Origin: Mustelus asterias
Lineage: Eukaryota
Direction: 5' to 3'
Length of the DNA stretch: 64,000 bases
NCBI RefSeq assembly: GCF_964213995.1
Contig: NC_135810.1
Span: 41,044,001-41,108,000 of the forward strand
The position numbers and the translations under genes were made by a program. This document shows, piece after piece, positions 1-13,479 of this stretch; the first letter of the stretch is position 1, and the number at the start of each line of letters is the position of its first letter. The notes beneath the pieces are model-generated. The model did no database searches and was not told the DNA's origin. It saw only the letters and a list, made by a program, of their open reading frames with translations.

Positions 1-246
1 TTAGCACTACTGCTTGACAGCGTCAGAAACCTGGGTTCAATATGGCCTTGGGTGACTGTCTGTGTGGAGTTTACACATTCTCCCCATGTCTGAGTGGGTT
101 TCCTCCGGGTGCTCTCGTTTCATCCCACACTCCAAAGTTGTGCAGATTAGCAAGGTAAATACATGGGGTTATGGGAATAGGGGCTGGGTGGGATTGTTGT
201 CGTTGAAGGCTCAATGGGCCAACGGTCACTATAGGGATTCTATTCT
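1..246 (+). mobile_element. HE1-type tRNA-derived SINE (partial, internally deleted)
   Basis: B-box-like GGGTTCAA, V-SINE core TGTGTGGAGTT...GGGTTTCCTCCGGGTGCTC, CR1-like tail ending AGGGATTCTAT; matches the other copies in the window. Confidence 0.85.
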
Positions 247-947
247 GTGAAAGTAATTGACAGAGCAGGTTCCACCGTACGTGAAAATGACTGGGAGGAT
301 GAGGGATACAGAAAGACAGACAGTGAAGAATGATATAGAGGGTATTACCCATGCTCACAACCCCATCAGATATCGAGTGGTAGCACTAAAGCTTCAGTTG
401 GATGGATTGCACGCTGGCTGATGTGAAGTCTACCTGTTTGGTGTTAGTACATACTTGTATCATTGTGTATTCTATCTTCAGTTGTATAGTTGTTTGGATA
501 TCTTGATAAGTCATTTAAAATTGAATTAGATGTTAGCTCTGCTGCCATTCTTACAACTGGCTTCATAATTGCATCACCTGTCAGTACTACCAAAGCAAAG
601 TAATGCAGATACCAGAAATCTGAAATGAAAGCAGCCAGTAGTAACCTTGACTGAACATGCAGCATGAAAGTTTTGATTTTGACAACAGTTGGGAATGCTC
701 TGCTCATTGAGGTGTTTTGTTTCAGATCAGCTTGGATCAGGCATAAGTATCTCATGATTTCTGTTGTAAAGCAAACCCCACAGGCATATTGTGGCCTCCT
801 GTGTATTTGTGCTATTTGACTTGTAACAATCCTGAAAGCAAAGGATTCTAATACTAGTATTGTTATGGGCAGCATACCCATGTGGACTGATCAATTGCTG
901 AGTGATTGATCACTTTAGCTTTCTTACCAAATTCCAGAAGTTTAATG

Positions 948-1037
948 TAAGCAAAATACTGTGGATGCTGGAATCTGAAACAAGAACAGAGGATGCCAAA
1001 AAACCTCAGGTCTGCCAACATCCATTAGGAGAGAAAT
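948..1037 (-). mobile_element. Degenerate Penelope-type terminal-repeat fragment
   Basis: AAAGCAAAATACTGTGGATGCTGGAATCTGAAA...GGAGAGAAA, similar to 59953-60050 and 4137-4200. Confidence 0.45.
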
Positions 1038-1130
1038 AATTTTAAAATCTGTTTTTGTGTTTATACCATAAACATTGAAGGCACTTGAAATGGATCCCCT
1101 GCCTTCACTCTCCAAACAGACTGAGATGGA

Positions 1131-1607
1131 ACATGGGACCAGGAATAGACCATTCACTCCATTGAGCTTGCTCTGCCATTCAATATGATCATGGCTGATC
1201 ATCCCCTTCAGTACCTTTTGCCCACATTGTTCCCATATCCTTTTATGTCATTGGCATTTAGAAACTGTCAATCTCTGCTTTAAACCAACTCAATGACTGA
1301 ACTATCACAGCCCTCTGGGGCAGAGAATTCCAAAGATTCCTCATCTCAGTTCCAAGTGGCTTTCCCCTTATTTTGAAATTGTGATCCCTGGTTGTAGACT
1401 CTCCAACCAGGAGAAACATCTTACCTGCATCTACCCTATCGATCCATTTTAATATTTTGGAGGTCTCAATATGATCATCTTCCATTCTTCGAAATGCTAG
1501 TGAATACAGGCCCAGGAGCAAATTTGGTAAACCATTGTTGCATTCCCTCTATAGCAATAATATCCTTCCAAAGGGAAAACCTGAACACAGTACTTCAGGT
1601 GTGGTCT
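1131..1607 (-). mobile_element. CR1 LINE 3' fragment (decayed)
   Basis: ORF 1258-1521 reads LGLYSLAFRRM...NLWNSLPQRAV, the ORF2 C-terminus; 3' UTR resembles that of the full-length copy at 26590-26670. Confidence 0.85.
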
Positions 1608-3402
1608 CTAGGTAGAGGCCAAAAGAATCCCAGGGTGAAGACTTGTACAAAGTTGGAACTCAACTCTGTGGCACTTATGCTGGAAGTTATGTTGGGGGTA
1701 CAAGCCATCCAATTCAAGTTCAAGCTCTGTGTGGGATTTATTTTTGTACATAATTGACAACTCTGGTTGAGCTCAAAAGGTGCATTTAAGTTTTGTTTCT
1801 CCCAAAAGAGAAAAATAGATAAGAAAAATAACCTGTCAACAACAAACTGTGCAAGGATTAGTATTCAGGCTGTACTCACATTCTCTGCAGTTACATTGTG
1901 ATTTAGTGGAGCAGATGCAATTGTTTTTGTCGACTCTAAGTCTACAATGCCTCAGTAATTCACAGCTGACTTGAATATCGGTGATCTGAGCAATAAGCCA
2001 AAAATAAAACAGCAAGGATTTTCTGTTAAATTCTCAGGCTTACTACAAGTTAACTTGAATTTGGGTCGGTTAAAACACACACATGGGGAATAGAAACGGA
2101 GAACTTTACCTAGTAATCTGTGGCACTGAACCTATGAGAAGTAGCTTGGGTCAGATTTCCCATTCTCATTGGGCACAAATCTGGTCAGTGTAGATCACTG
2201 CCCATTATTGAACCCACCTGATTTTCATTGAAATGAACAGTCAGGCAGTGAAAGAGGAAAATTATCCCCTAGAGTGGAAGTGGTGACAAATCTTTTTCTC
2301 AGTCGGTGAAGGAGCTGCATGGGTACTCCTGTTGAAAGAACCCAAAACTAGACACATATTCTACAAACTGCAGGAGAGCGAAAAAGAAAACACATTTTTG
2401 TAGTGGGTGAATGATGAAGGGCTTAAACATTACAGAGTGGTCATATGGTATGTAATAAAAGCAAACCACATGTATTCTATGTTGTTTTTCCAGTCAATCC
2501 CTATCACTGCCCTTTGAACTATGCCAGACTTTGTTTAAGTTTCAAACTGCCTGGAGGTGTAGAAGGTTCCTGTAATTTGCAAAATCTGTTTCAGGAAGGA
2601 TTTTTTTTGCCAGACTAAATCTGACTGCCCCTTATTGCTTTATCATGACTCTACCCCCTCAAAGGAGTTTATTAATGCAGTGTTTTGATGCATCATTACT
2701 AAGTAATTTAAGATAAGAGACAGTTAACCACAAAACTACTCATGCTCTACTCATTTTAATTTGGGGTTTTTTTTGTATTTCATTGACAAATCGCTGTGAT
2801 TTTCAAACTGTAAAGCATCATTTGTTTCATCAAAGTCAGATAAAATTGAAGTTATAACTGGGAATACTTTCTTGAATGATAACAAAATAACTCGCTGAGG
2901 TCAATTCTTCAGTTCTGTGTTTGCAGTGAGGAGCCAAGCACAGACAGTGCAGGTTGGATAAAGGACAATAATGCCAGCACTGACTAGACCTTTGAGTCAC
3001 AGCTCCCTCTTGTAATCTGTAAATTCAATCAATTAACACAATTAACCCCAAGACAAATTAACCAGGGATGAGGAATGATCCAAATATCCATGTAGGTGGA
3101 TAAAACAGAAAGCTGGCTGATGTCTTCAATGAATTAAAAAAACAAGTCTGGATGTTACCTTTTGCCTCCCTTTATTTATAGTTTCCTTGGAACAAAGGAA
3201 CAGTAGCAGGCCTGTTCTGCCAATTAAATACATTATAGCTGATCTGTATTTCAACTTAATTTTACCAGTCTTTGCTACATATCATTTAATACCATTTCCT
3301 AACAAGAATCTCTATTAACCGAACATTAACAGCGTTTTGGAGGAGACAGTCCCAGATTCCCATTATTCATGTGGAAAAAAGTACCCCTGATTTCACTGTT
3401 AA

Positions 3403-3716
3403 AGAATCATAGACTCGCTACAGTGTAGGAGGAGGCCATTCGGCCCATCAAGTCTGCACTGACCACAATCCCTCCCAGACTCTATCCTCGCAACCCCACG
3501 TATTTACTGTTCTAGTCCCCTGATGCTAAGGGGCAATTTTAGCATGGCCAATCCAGCTAATATGCACATCTTTGGACTATGTGAGGAAATCGGAGCACCC
3601 GGAGGAAACCCACACAGACACAAGGAGAATGTGCAAACTCCACACAGTCATCCGAGGCCGGAATTGAACCAGGGTCCCTGGCAGCAGTGCTAACCACGAT
3701 GCCACTGTGCTGCCCC
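3403..3716 (-). mobile_element. HE1 SINE
   Basis: Full head-core-tail on the minus strand. Confidence 0.9.
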
Positions 3717-3789
3717 TTTGTTATTGGTCCATCAAGTCTGCACTGAGTCTCTGACAGAGCATCTCACCCCCTGCACCCTATCTCTTGGT

Positions 3790-4075
3790 CATTCAGGGAG
3801 TCACTTTCATTTTTGGTGGGAAGGGAGCGTGTCTCCAAGGGCGGAGATTGAGAACGGCCCGGTCTCGGAACAGTGGGTCTGGCTGGCAGGTTGCTTGAAA
3901 TGAGCTTATTAGCATCTTTCAGGTGGGTGAGAATTTGGCTCAAGGTCTGCAAAACTTATTTTGAGCCTCTGTGTCTCCTGTTATCATTTTGATGGGGGGG
4001 GGGGTGGGGAGCAGGGCGGCATGAGAAAACGCATCCCAGAATGCAGCAGCTCTATTTGCTATTCTCTATTCTGGA
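3790..4075. mobile_element. Non-autonomous DNA-transposon fragment (same family as 10574-12170, opposite orientation)
   Basis: 3805-3940 is a diverged reverse complement of about 10665-10815. Confidence 0.5.
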
Positions 4076-4136
4076 GAACACTAGCGTTTATCTTAATTAT
4101 CAGCTTTATGTAACAGATTGGTGCTGAATCTGAATT

Positions 4137-4420
4137 AAAACAGATAATGCTGGATAAACTCAGCAGGCCTGGCAGCATCTCTGGAGAGAGAAATATAGTT
4201 AACGTTCAGAGTCTCTATGACTTCTACAGAACAGAAGATGGAAAGAAATGTAATGAATTATATAGTTGGAGAAAGGGTGAGGCATATAGAATAGAAGATC
4301 AGGGATAGGTCAGAGATAAGGAGAGATTGACAAAGATGTCATGGACATAATATGAAGGGGGCGTTAAAGGTAGCATTAAGGACTGAATATGTGCTAATAG
4401 TGGCATTAAAGAGGAATAAG
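4137..4420 (-). mobile_element. Penelope-type 3' fragment with degenerate hammerhead motif
   Basis: AAAACAGATAATGCTGGATAAACTCAGCAGG...GTTAACGTTCAGAGTC; same family as 59953-60112. Confidence 0.5.
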
Positions 4421-4429
4421 AATCATTGA

Positions 4430-4718
4430 AGAATCATAGAATCCTTACAGTGCAGAAGGAGGTCATTTGACCCATCCAGGCTGCACTGACCATAATCCTA
4501 CCCAACCCTATCCACGCAACCTCACATATTTACCCTTCTAATCTCCTGATGCTAAGGGACAATTTAGCACGGGCCAATCCACCTAACCTGCACATCTTTG
4601 GACTGTGGGAGGAAACCGGAGCACCCGGAGGAAACCCACGCAGACACGGGGCGAACGTGCAAACTCCACACAGACAGTCACCTGAAGCCGGAATTGAACC
4701 TGGGTCCCTGGTGCTGAG
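4430..4718 (-). mobile_element. HE1 SINE (5' truncated)
   Basis: Tail, core and B box present; A-box part missing. Confidence 0.85.
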
Positions 4719-4960
4719 ATAAGGAAGCAGGTATTAAAGGCAAGGGGCTGGATCTGTGTGAGTGCTGCATGGGAAAGATCATTTTGCTATACTTGTCTAG
4801 AGTTTGGATTACTCCACAATTAACATGCAAGTTTGGAATCAAACGGGTTCAATACCGAGAAAATTTTGCAAAAGAGTTGGAGACTTAATTTTGTTTCAAA
4901 AAAACATAAAACAAATGTATTGAAGTCAGTACTATATCTGCAGAGCATGGGAAGACCGTT

Positions 4961-5325
4961 ATAGAACCATAGAACCCCAACAGTGCAGAAAGAGGCCATT
5001 TGGCCCATCGAGTCTGCACAGACAACAATCCCACCCAGGCCCTATCCCCACATATTTACCTGCTAATCCCTCTAACCCTCATATTTACCTGCTAATCCCT
5101 CTAATATACGCATCCCAGGACACTAAGGGGCAATTTAGCTTGGCCAATCAACCTAACCCGCACATCTTTGGACTGTGGGAGGGAACCGGGGCACCCGGAG
5201 GAAACCCACGCAGACACAGGAAGAATGTGCAAACTCCGCACAGACAGTGACCCAAGCCAGGAATCGAACCCAGGTCCCTGGAGCTGTGAAGCACCAGTGC
5301 TAACCACTGTGCTGCCGTGCCGCCC
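4961..5325 (-). mobile_element. HE1 SINE (full length, internal ~25-bp tandem duplication)
   Basis: Complete GGGCGGCACGG head to CTATGG/TTCTAT tail; CATATTTACCTGCTAATCCCTCTAA occurs twice. Confidence 0.92.
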
Positions 5326-5530
5326 TACAGGCAAGAAACCATTTTTGAGGATTGTTTTTGTCAAAGTGCTAACCACTATGCTACCATTATAGCTGAGAAT
5401 AACCTGGCATGTTGTGTGTCTAGCAATGTGAGAATGTGAAGATATTATACTGGTGTTATTATACAAGGATTGAATGGTTAAACATGGGAAGTTTGAAAGG
5501 GGTTAAATGCTGAAGATCCAATACAGACAA

Positions 5531-6543
5531 TGGGGCAATCTTATTGTTGCACCCTGCCGGCCGATGGGTGGGGCGAGCTGGTAAGGCTGCGAGAGCTGAG
5601 AAATCAAGTTTGTGCCCAATTTCTCGCCTGTCAGCGACATCGGATATCTGGTGAGGTCAGCCTCATGCTCATTTACAGCTCAAGGTTGAATAATTTATTC
5701 AAATTAAATTCAAATCTGTTTTCTATTGTTTTAATGAGCCTGGGATGTTAACTTCCGGCTCACTTGCCTCTGTGGCCTCATCGGGAGAAGTTCTCTCTGG
5801 TGAGGATCAGAGCCGGTCCCCAACAACAGAGACCAGCTGTGATGGCCTCACCGATAGAACCGGAGGCCATTGAGGCCCCCATGGAGGCCAGGGGCAAGGG
5901 GGGTGGTGCCGCTTGTGCTCTGCCAGCCTGACACCACTGCCCACCGGCCACTGGGCAGAGCCAAGAGTGTGAGGCCCACTGGGGGTGGGACCAAATCAGG
6001 GGTTGGTGGTGAGGGGGGGACCCACTGCCACTCTGCACAAGAGATTGGTGGGAGGAGGGAGGGGTATGATTGGGGCTGGCCATGAGGTGGAGGGGGTGGG
6101 GGTTGGTCCAGTAGTCTATGGGGGGGGGGGGGTTCGGGCCAGTGATTGGAGGGGGAGGGGGTATAAGCCCAGGTGTGGGGGGCTGCGGGATTGATTGACC
6201 TGAGCGGGTGAGGGGGTTGCAATAGGCCGCTAGCCCCTATGGTAGCTGGGGGAGGGGGGGTGTGTTGCTTTGTTTGAGGTTGGCTCAGAGCGGTAGAGGA
6301 TGAGTGACAGACCTCTGTTGCTAGACACCTGCATGTGCCCAATTGCCCCCTCTGCTGCTCTCAGCCAGTGTTCGGGTGATTTAAGCCCTGCCAGCTCCCC
6401 CTACAGGCAAGAAACCATTTTTGAGGATTGTTTTTGTCGAAGTGCATAAGATTGCAGATTTGAACCCGTCCAAAAAACAGGTCAGAAAGTTTCCCATTTT
6501 CCCATCCATTTTGGACTTGGAATTATTTTGCTAACATCACCCC
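5531..6543. mobile_element. GC-rich non-autonomous DNA transposon (Harbinger-like MITE)
   Basis: Imperfect inverted termini TGGGGCAATCTTA / TAACATCACCCAA, G-run-rich interior, no coding capacity. Confidence 0.5.
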
Positions 6544-6852
6544 AATGTACACTTATTGCTCATAGTTTGCCATTGACGTAAAACCTCTTCCAGTTGTATA
6601 GTGGTAACTGATGTACACAGTAACACAAGACCGCAAGTATAGGTATGACCCAAAATATCTGTGAAGCTATAGTATTGATGTATATATTACTTCCTTCCTT
6701 ATAATGACAAAAACGTTGAGATTGATTCACCACAAACTGCTCCTGTGGTATTATTAGAGAAAGTTAATAAACACTCAGTTTTAAGCATAAAGGAGCTTGG
6801 GGAGGCCGTAATGAAACTATGGGGGATATGTGCAACTGACTGATCAAATTAG

Positions 6853-7200
6853 GAAGGGAAAGGGAAAAGGTTGTATTTGCAGCTATTGGACTTTCCCCAG
6901 ATTGGAATCAAAGCCTTCAGGTAAAGAAAGGCTTGGGAGAGAGATGGAGAGGGACAAAAGAAGAGGTGAAGAGAGGATTCAGAAGGTGAGAGCAGAGGAG
7001 ATGACTAAGCAGAGGTACAAAATGTGAACAAGGGTGAAGGGTTGAGGAGAAGGAGAGAGGGCTGGAGGAGAGGAGAGATGAGTGAGGAAAAAAAGAAAGC
7101 GGAAGAGAGAAGGTGAGTCAAAAGAAGAGAAATGCAAATGACAGGGAAGGAATGTGATAGAGTTGAGAGGAAGGGGGAGAAGAAATGAACAAAAAGAAAG
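6853..7200. repeat. Polypurine (GA-rich) low-complexity tract
   Basis: Strong A/G bias on the plus strand over about 350 bp. Confidence 0.7.
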
Positions 7201-8249
7201 TTATACTGCAGTAATAAATGTCAGCAGATTTCTCATGGCATTGCTGCAGTATATTTTAATAATTGTTAAAAACAAAGTATGAAATGGACATGATATATGT
7301 GATACATAGCATGTTATATGGAAGATTTTAAAATATTATATATATTTAGTCTTACAATATTTATTAAGTTATAGAAGCGAATAATAGTGCAGTTAACTGA
7401 ATTTCAGTAATTATGATGTTTAATCCTGTTAGTACGTGTTGTGCAGTTCAATATCACAACAATGATGAAGATTGGGAAACAACATTAATAATTGTTTAGT
7501 TCAGTATCACATTATTGACACTGGGTATTCTGTAAAATAATGGAGTGTTAATAATTATAGTTGAATCCAATGTTTTTTTTTGCCAAGTGCAGCATCATTA
7601 TTAAATAATTTTGTTTGTGAATCACATTCATAGTTGTGCAGCTACAGTTACTGTGTAATAGGGCCATAGTTATAATTGAAGTACAGCCTGAATCTGCAGT
7701 AAGAAGCTGACGGAATATTTGAGTGAAGAAAGGTAAGATTCCCTGGAGGACACAGTCTCCACTCCATCTTCTTTCAGTCAGTTGGGGTCTTGAAAGTAAT
7801 GCAGGGTAAGCCTCAGGCAGCTAAGGGGAGAAGGTTTTTTTACAATTATTTGTCGACCACCTTGTTTTTCAGAGTGAATGACTGGTAGGCAGATGAAAGC
7901 TACCAGTACATGTTTAACATTAGTGTGAAGTTTCATACTGATATTCCTTGCAGGCTTCTCTATGCTGCTGTCAAATTGAAATGTGGTTCAGAAGCCCACA
8001 ATATGTGGAAAACAATCGCACTGATTTTCCCCAGGCCAGCCAAATAATGACCAGAGGTTAAGCTTGCCATCCAATTAAGTACACATACTTTGATATTAAT
8101 AATGAATTACCAAGGGACAAAAAATAACAATTGCTGATTTTTGCTTCGAGAACTAACACTGTTTGAATATATTTCGGAGCTCTTGTACTATTGCTGATCA
8201 CTACCTACTGCTTTTACCCCATTTTTAAGAAGCACTAAAATCTTTTCAA

Positions 8250-9745
8250 AAAATCATTTATGGGATGTGGGTATCATTGGCTAGGCCAGCATTTATTGCC
8301 TGTCCCTGGTTTCTCTTCATGAGGTGATGTTGAGCTGCCTTCTTGAACGGCTGTGGTACCTGAGGTGTAGGTACACCCACAGAGCTGTTAGGGAGGGAGT
8401 CCATGATTTTGACCCAGTGACTGAAGGAACGGCAATATATTTCCAAATCAGGATTGTGAGAGACTTGGAGGTGAACTTCCCAGGTGATGTTCCCAGGTAT
8501 CTACTGCTTTTGTTCTTCTAGATGGTAGTGGTCATGGGTTTGGAAGGTGCTGACAAAGGAACCGTGGTGAGTTCTTGCGGTGCATCTTATAAAAGGTACA
8601 CTGCTGCTGCTCGTCAGTAGTGGTGGGAGTGAATGTTTGTGGAAGGGTGGCCAACCAAGTTAAAGTTTATTTATTAGTCACAAATAAGACTCACATTAAC
8701 ACTGCAATGAAGTTACTGTGAAATTTCCTTAGTCGCCACATTCCGGCACCTGTTCAGTTCAATGCACCTAACCCCACTGCAGAATTCCTAGCCTGTGACC
8801 TGCTCTTGCAACAACAGTATTTATGTGGCTCGTCCAGTTCAGTTTCTGGTCATTGGTAACACCCAGGATGTTGATAGTTGGGGGAATTCAGTAATGGTAA
8901 TGCCTTGAATGTCATGGGGCTATGGTTAGACTCTGAGGAACTCATGCAGTGATGTCCTGGAACTGTGTTAATGACCTCCAACCACCATAACCATCTTCCT
9001 TTATGCCAGACTCCAACCAATGGAAGGTTTACCCTCGATTCCCATTGACTCCAGTTTGGTAGGTCTCCATGATGCCGCATTTAGTCAAATGCTGCCTTGA
9101 TGTCAAGAGCAGTCACTCTCACCTCATCTCTGGAATTCAGCTCTTCTGTCCATAGAATCATAGAATCCCTACAGTGCAGAAAAAGGCCATTCGGCCCATC
9201 GAGTCGACACCGATCCAATCCCACCCAGGCCCTATTCCCGTAACCCACATATTTACCCTGCTAATCCCCCTAACACGAGAGTCAATTTAGCATAGCCAAT
9301 CAACCTAGCCCGCTGTGGTTAGACTGTGGGAGTAAACTGGAGCACCTGGAGGAAACCCACGCAGACACAGGGAGAATGTGCAAACTCCACACAGACAGTG
9401 ACCAGAGGCTGGAATTGAACCCAGACCCCTGGCACTGAGGCAGCCGTGCTCACCACTGTGCCACTGTGCAGCCCTTGAACCAAGACTGTGATGAGCTCAG
9501 AATCTGAGTGACCTGGTGAAACCCAAACTGAGTGTCAGTGAGCAGGTTATTGCTGAGACAGCGCTGCTTGATAGCACTGTTGATGACCCCTTCCATCACT
9601 TTACTGATGATCAAGACTAAACGAATGGAATGGTAATTGGACAGGTTGGATTTGTCATGTTTGTTGTGTATAGGACGTATCTGGGCAATATTCCACATTG
9701 CCAGGGAGCTGCCAGTGTTGTAGTTGTACTGGAACAGCTTGGTTA
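8250..9745 (-). mobile_element. Old CR1/L2-group LINE fragment (interrupted)
   Basis: RT motifs NYHSIRLVLIISKVMEGVIN...QFGF and C-terminal FKKAAQHHLMKRN; split by an HE1 SINE and a ~110-bp insert at 8660-8775. Confidence 0.75.
9152..9474 (-). mobile_element. HE1 SINE inserted in LINE
   Basis: Full head-core-tail; LINE sequence resumes on both sides. Confidence 0.9.
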
Positions 9746-9844
9746 GAGTGAAATGACCAAAATACAATTGCATTAGAAACTTTACTGAATCAGCCGCATA
9801 ATTATTTTGGCAACAAAAATAAGTCAGATACCTCTCTGAAGTCT

Positions 9845-10350
9845 GCAAAGTCCTCCTCAAAATCTTTCCACCATCTGCAAGGTACAAGTCAAAAGTGTAA
9901 AGAAATTCTCTCCACTTTCCTGGATAAGTGCAGCTCCAATACCGCTCGAGAAGCTCAACGCCATCCAACATAAAGCAGCCCACTTGATCAGCACGCCACT
10001 CTTCACCTTGAGTATTTACACACTCACACCATGGCCACGATACGCCAGTGGTATAATGTTATTTACAAGACGTACTGCAGAAAGTCATTACGCTTTATTC
10101 AACAGTATCTTCCAAACCAGCAAGCTTTGGACAAGGGCAGCAGGTGCCCAGGAACAACATGACTTGCAGATTTCTTTCCAAGTCTCTCTCACCATTCCAA
10201 ATTGGAAATATATTACTGTTCCTTCTTTGTTGAGAATACATTCACCACACAATTGCAGAGCATTCAAGGAAGAGGATCACCACCATTTTCTTAAGGGCAA
10301 TTAGGAATGGGCAATAATGATGGCCGTGTCCAAATCAAGTGAATGAATAA
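9845..10350 (+). mobile_element. Old CR1/L2-group LINE 3' fragment
   Basis: Ends FKEEDHHHFLKGN followed by GGGCAATAA; same family as 8250-9745, opposite strand. Confidence 0.7.
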
Positions 10351-10573
10351 ACACAAACAAGTGCTTTTCCGTCAAGACTGAAAAAAAGTCTTCTGACAAT
10401 CCCTGATTTTTAAAAAATATATTTTTTGTTCTCAAAGCCAATGCATAGAGTGGACTGGGCAAGCCACTAATCCATCTCCTTGCTTCAAAAAACAATTCAA
10501 TTCATGGTCCCCAGACAAGGGACATTCCAGACCCGAGCCGACAAGACCAGGCATGACATCTAATCTCACACTT

Positions 10574-12170
10574 GGGGCAGAATTCTCCCGTTTTCAGGCT
10601 AAGTACCCAAGCCAATGGGAGTACGAGAGTGTTTCCCACTGGTACTGGCAGTGTTTGTCAGGTGGGATTCATCTACCTGAAATATGCAAGTAGACTCATC
10701 TCGGGGAACCTGCTGGCTAGACCCGTCGTTCCTGGATCAGAGCTCCATTTTTGTCAGGCGGCAATCTCCTCGGTCGGAAGCAGGTCCCCCGACCCCCACT
10801 CCAAAAAAAATGAAGTGGGGGGCCCCAAGGGTTGAGGGCAGCACTATCAAACCCTCAACAAAGGCGGCATTCTCCCCCACCTCCCACCACTTAGATAATG
10901 GGTCACCCCCAGCCCACATCTCCAGGCATGAGGGTGATCCAACCTGACCACCTCCCCCTTTCAGGCCCTCCCCCTCAGACTCCTATTCATGCCCCCTCTC
11001 CCCTCAGACTCCCACTCAGCCCATCTTCAGGCCATGCGCCTTGACAGTGGTAACAGTGCACAATGCCCTGGCCTGGTGCCTTGAACCATGATGGGGGTCA
11101 ACGAGGTAAATCAAGTGGCAATTTTCCCCCTCTGCTGCTACCAGGCTACAGAGGAAGGCTCTGTCAAGGGTCCAGGATTGAGTGGGCTCGGGCTGGGGAA
11201 AAGGGTTGACCTCACCCACTGGGATAAAGGTCTTGTGGCTGGACAGCCGCTTCTGGCACTGGCAGACCTGAAGATCATCCCTGGCATGGTGATTTCAGAC
11301 AGCTCTGTGATCAACATCTTCATTCCTATCTGTCAGTTGTGAATATTTTGAAGTGGCCAGGTCACTTTAATTTCCATGCTCCCTGGTCACCTGGCAGGTT
11401 TTAATATCACTGCAGCACTCCATTTGACAGCAGAGATTTCCCTTTCTCCTTGTCAGAAGTTGCAGGTGTGAACAAATTCTTGTGAAGTCCTCTGACAGAG
11501 GAGAGATGACAATTTCACCTGGGGGCAGGGAGTTCCATGGCATAGCTGTGCACTCAGCCATAATGTATTCACACAGCTTCGGTTTGAAAGTGCTGAGCCT
11601 TTCCAGCGAGCTGAAACTTTTGAAACTCTCTCTATTCCATTGGAACAGTGTCAATTTCAAAGTGCAGTGCTATAAAGGAGGCTTTCGTTGACAGCTTAAT
11701 AGATGTCTACCTAGCCTCCAGTCAGCTGTGCTTATTTATATTTCGATTGATGCTTGAATGTATCTTAAGTACCTCCATTGTTCCTAACTGCAATATTTAC
11801 ATCTGAGCCTGATTGACAGCTTTGGTTTCTTCAAAGAGAATAATTGGTTTAACTTCCTCTTTTGCAGACCAGGTCACCATGCCACATCCACACTGGCGAT
11901 GACCAACACCAAACCCTGCCCGGTGCAGTTCCTGCTGGGGAGGGTGGGGGGAGGGGGGTTGGTATTCAGGTGAATGATTTGGGCTGGTGAATGGGCCGTC
12001 AAACCCACTAATTATAGGTTACCATCTGCTATGAATAGGAACCTGATCAGGGCCAGCGGATCAGGTCGGGTAGATCCTGACTGATTTGATGCCTGTCGTG
12101 AATACCGATTCTTGGCCAACACCCCATTCAGTTCCAGCAGGCCATCTGACAAAGCTAGAGAATCCCACCT
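10574..12170. mobile_element. GC-rich non-autonomous DNA transposon (Harbinger-like)
   Basis: Starts GGGGCAGAATTCTCCC, ends AGAGAATCCCACC (imperfect TIRs); shares sequence with 3790-4075. Confidence 0.5.
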
Positions 12171-12353
12171 TTGATCTTTGCCATTTCACTCCATTTTAAA
12201 GTTACAAAGTCAATGTGCAGAGTGGACCAGGAAAACCCAGATCCATCTCCTTGCTTGCTCCAAAGCCAATTCAAATTGAATTCAATTCATGCTTCCAACA
12301 AGAGAGACATTCAAGATCCAACATGACAAGAGGCATTGTATCCATCTTGGGCC

Positions 12354-12862
12354 TGATTTATTATTGTCACATGTATTTGTATAGAACATAGAACAGTACA
12401 GGACAGAACAGGCCCTTCGGCCCACAATGTTGTGCCAAGCTTTATCTGAAACCATGATCAAGCTATCCCACTCCCTATCATCCTGGTGTGCTCCATGTGC
12501 CTATCCAATAACCGCTTAAATGTTCCTAAAGTGTCTGACTCCACTATCACTGCAGGCAGTCCATTCCACACCCCAACCACTCTCTGCGTAAAGAACCTAC
12601 CTCTGATATCCTTCCTATATCTCCCACGATGAACCCTATAGTTTGCCCCCTTGTAATAGCTCCATCCACCCGAGGAAATAGTCTTTGTATACAGTGATAA
12701 ATATTTTTTCTTGTGCGCTACAAACAAAACATACCGTTCATAGACTACATAAGGGAGAAGGAAAGGAAAGGGTGCAGAATGTACTGTTACAATCATAGCT
12801 ATGGAGTAGAGAAAGATCAACTTCATATAAGGTAGGTCCATTCAAAAGTCTGATGGCAGCAG
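12354..12862 (-). mobile_element. Rex-Babar LINE 3' end, interrupted by a CR1 tail
   Basis: GATTTATTATTGTCACATG tail and TTCAAAAGTCTGATGGCAGCAG, also found at 48737-49136 and 38982-39192. Confidence 0.65.
12384..12683 (-). mobile_element. CR1 3' fragment with 8-bp TSD
   Basis: RGRFFTQRVVGVWNGLP motif; TTTGTATA repeated at 12376-12383 and 12684-12691. Confidence 0.85.
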
Positions 12863-13479
12863 ACCCAAGCCAGGAATTGGCAACATGTGCCAACATGTGC
12901 AAGTAAGCTACACTGCAAGCCCAACTGACAATCTTAAATTAATTTTCAGTGTAATTCTTGGCACAATCAGGATTGTTTACGAGGTATTGTCAAATTGTGG
13001 AATTACATCTAATGTTGGCCACTATGTTTTGAGTTGTGCAAGCACGAGCTAGTTGGGTATGGTTAGTACTTTGTCTGTTGTGAACGTAGAAGGGATATCT
13101 TGTTTGATACAACCCGATAGTTATTGGGATATACAGCCTATATACCTGGCATCACAGCAGAATGGAAATTGATAGACCACATTCCTCTGGACAACACCTG
13201 TTACACAACCCTGATTTTTCCCATCGTAAACAACTTTTTGTTTTATTTTATTGCATTGCTAAAGACAAAATGTAACACTTGATTGTAAGAGAGGAACTAA
13301 TTAAATGGGAAAGAAAAACGCATCAAATTCCGGAAATCTGAAATTCAAGTAGAAAATCCAGGAAGTACTCAGTATGATCGTCAGTTTCTGTGGAGAGAAA
13401 AATATAATTAATATTTTAGGTTAATGACCTAAATTGTAACTTTTTACAATTAATTGTAACTTTTTACAATCTTTTATCT

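Noticed and set aside
444-881. 145-aa minus-strand ORF
   Set aside because: Includes a decayed repeat fragment (about 595-650) and shows no domain signature.
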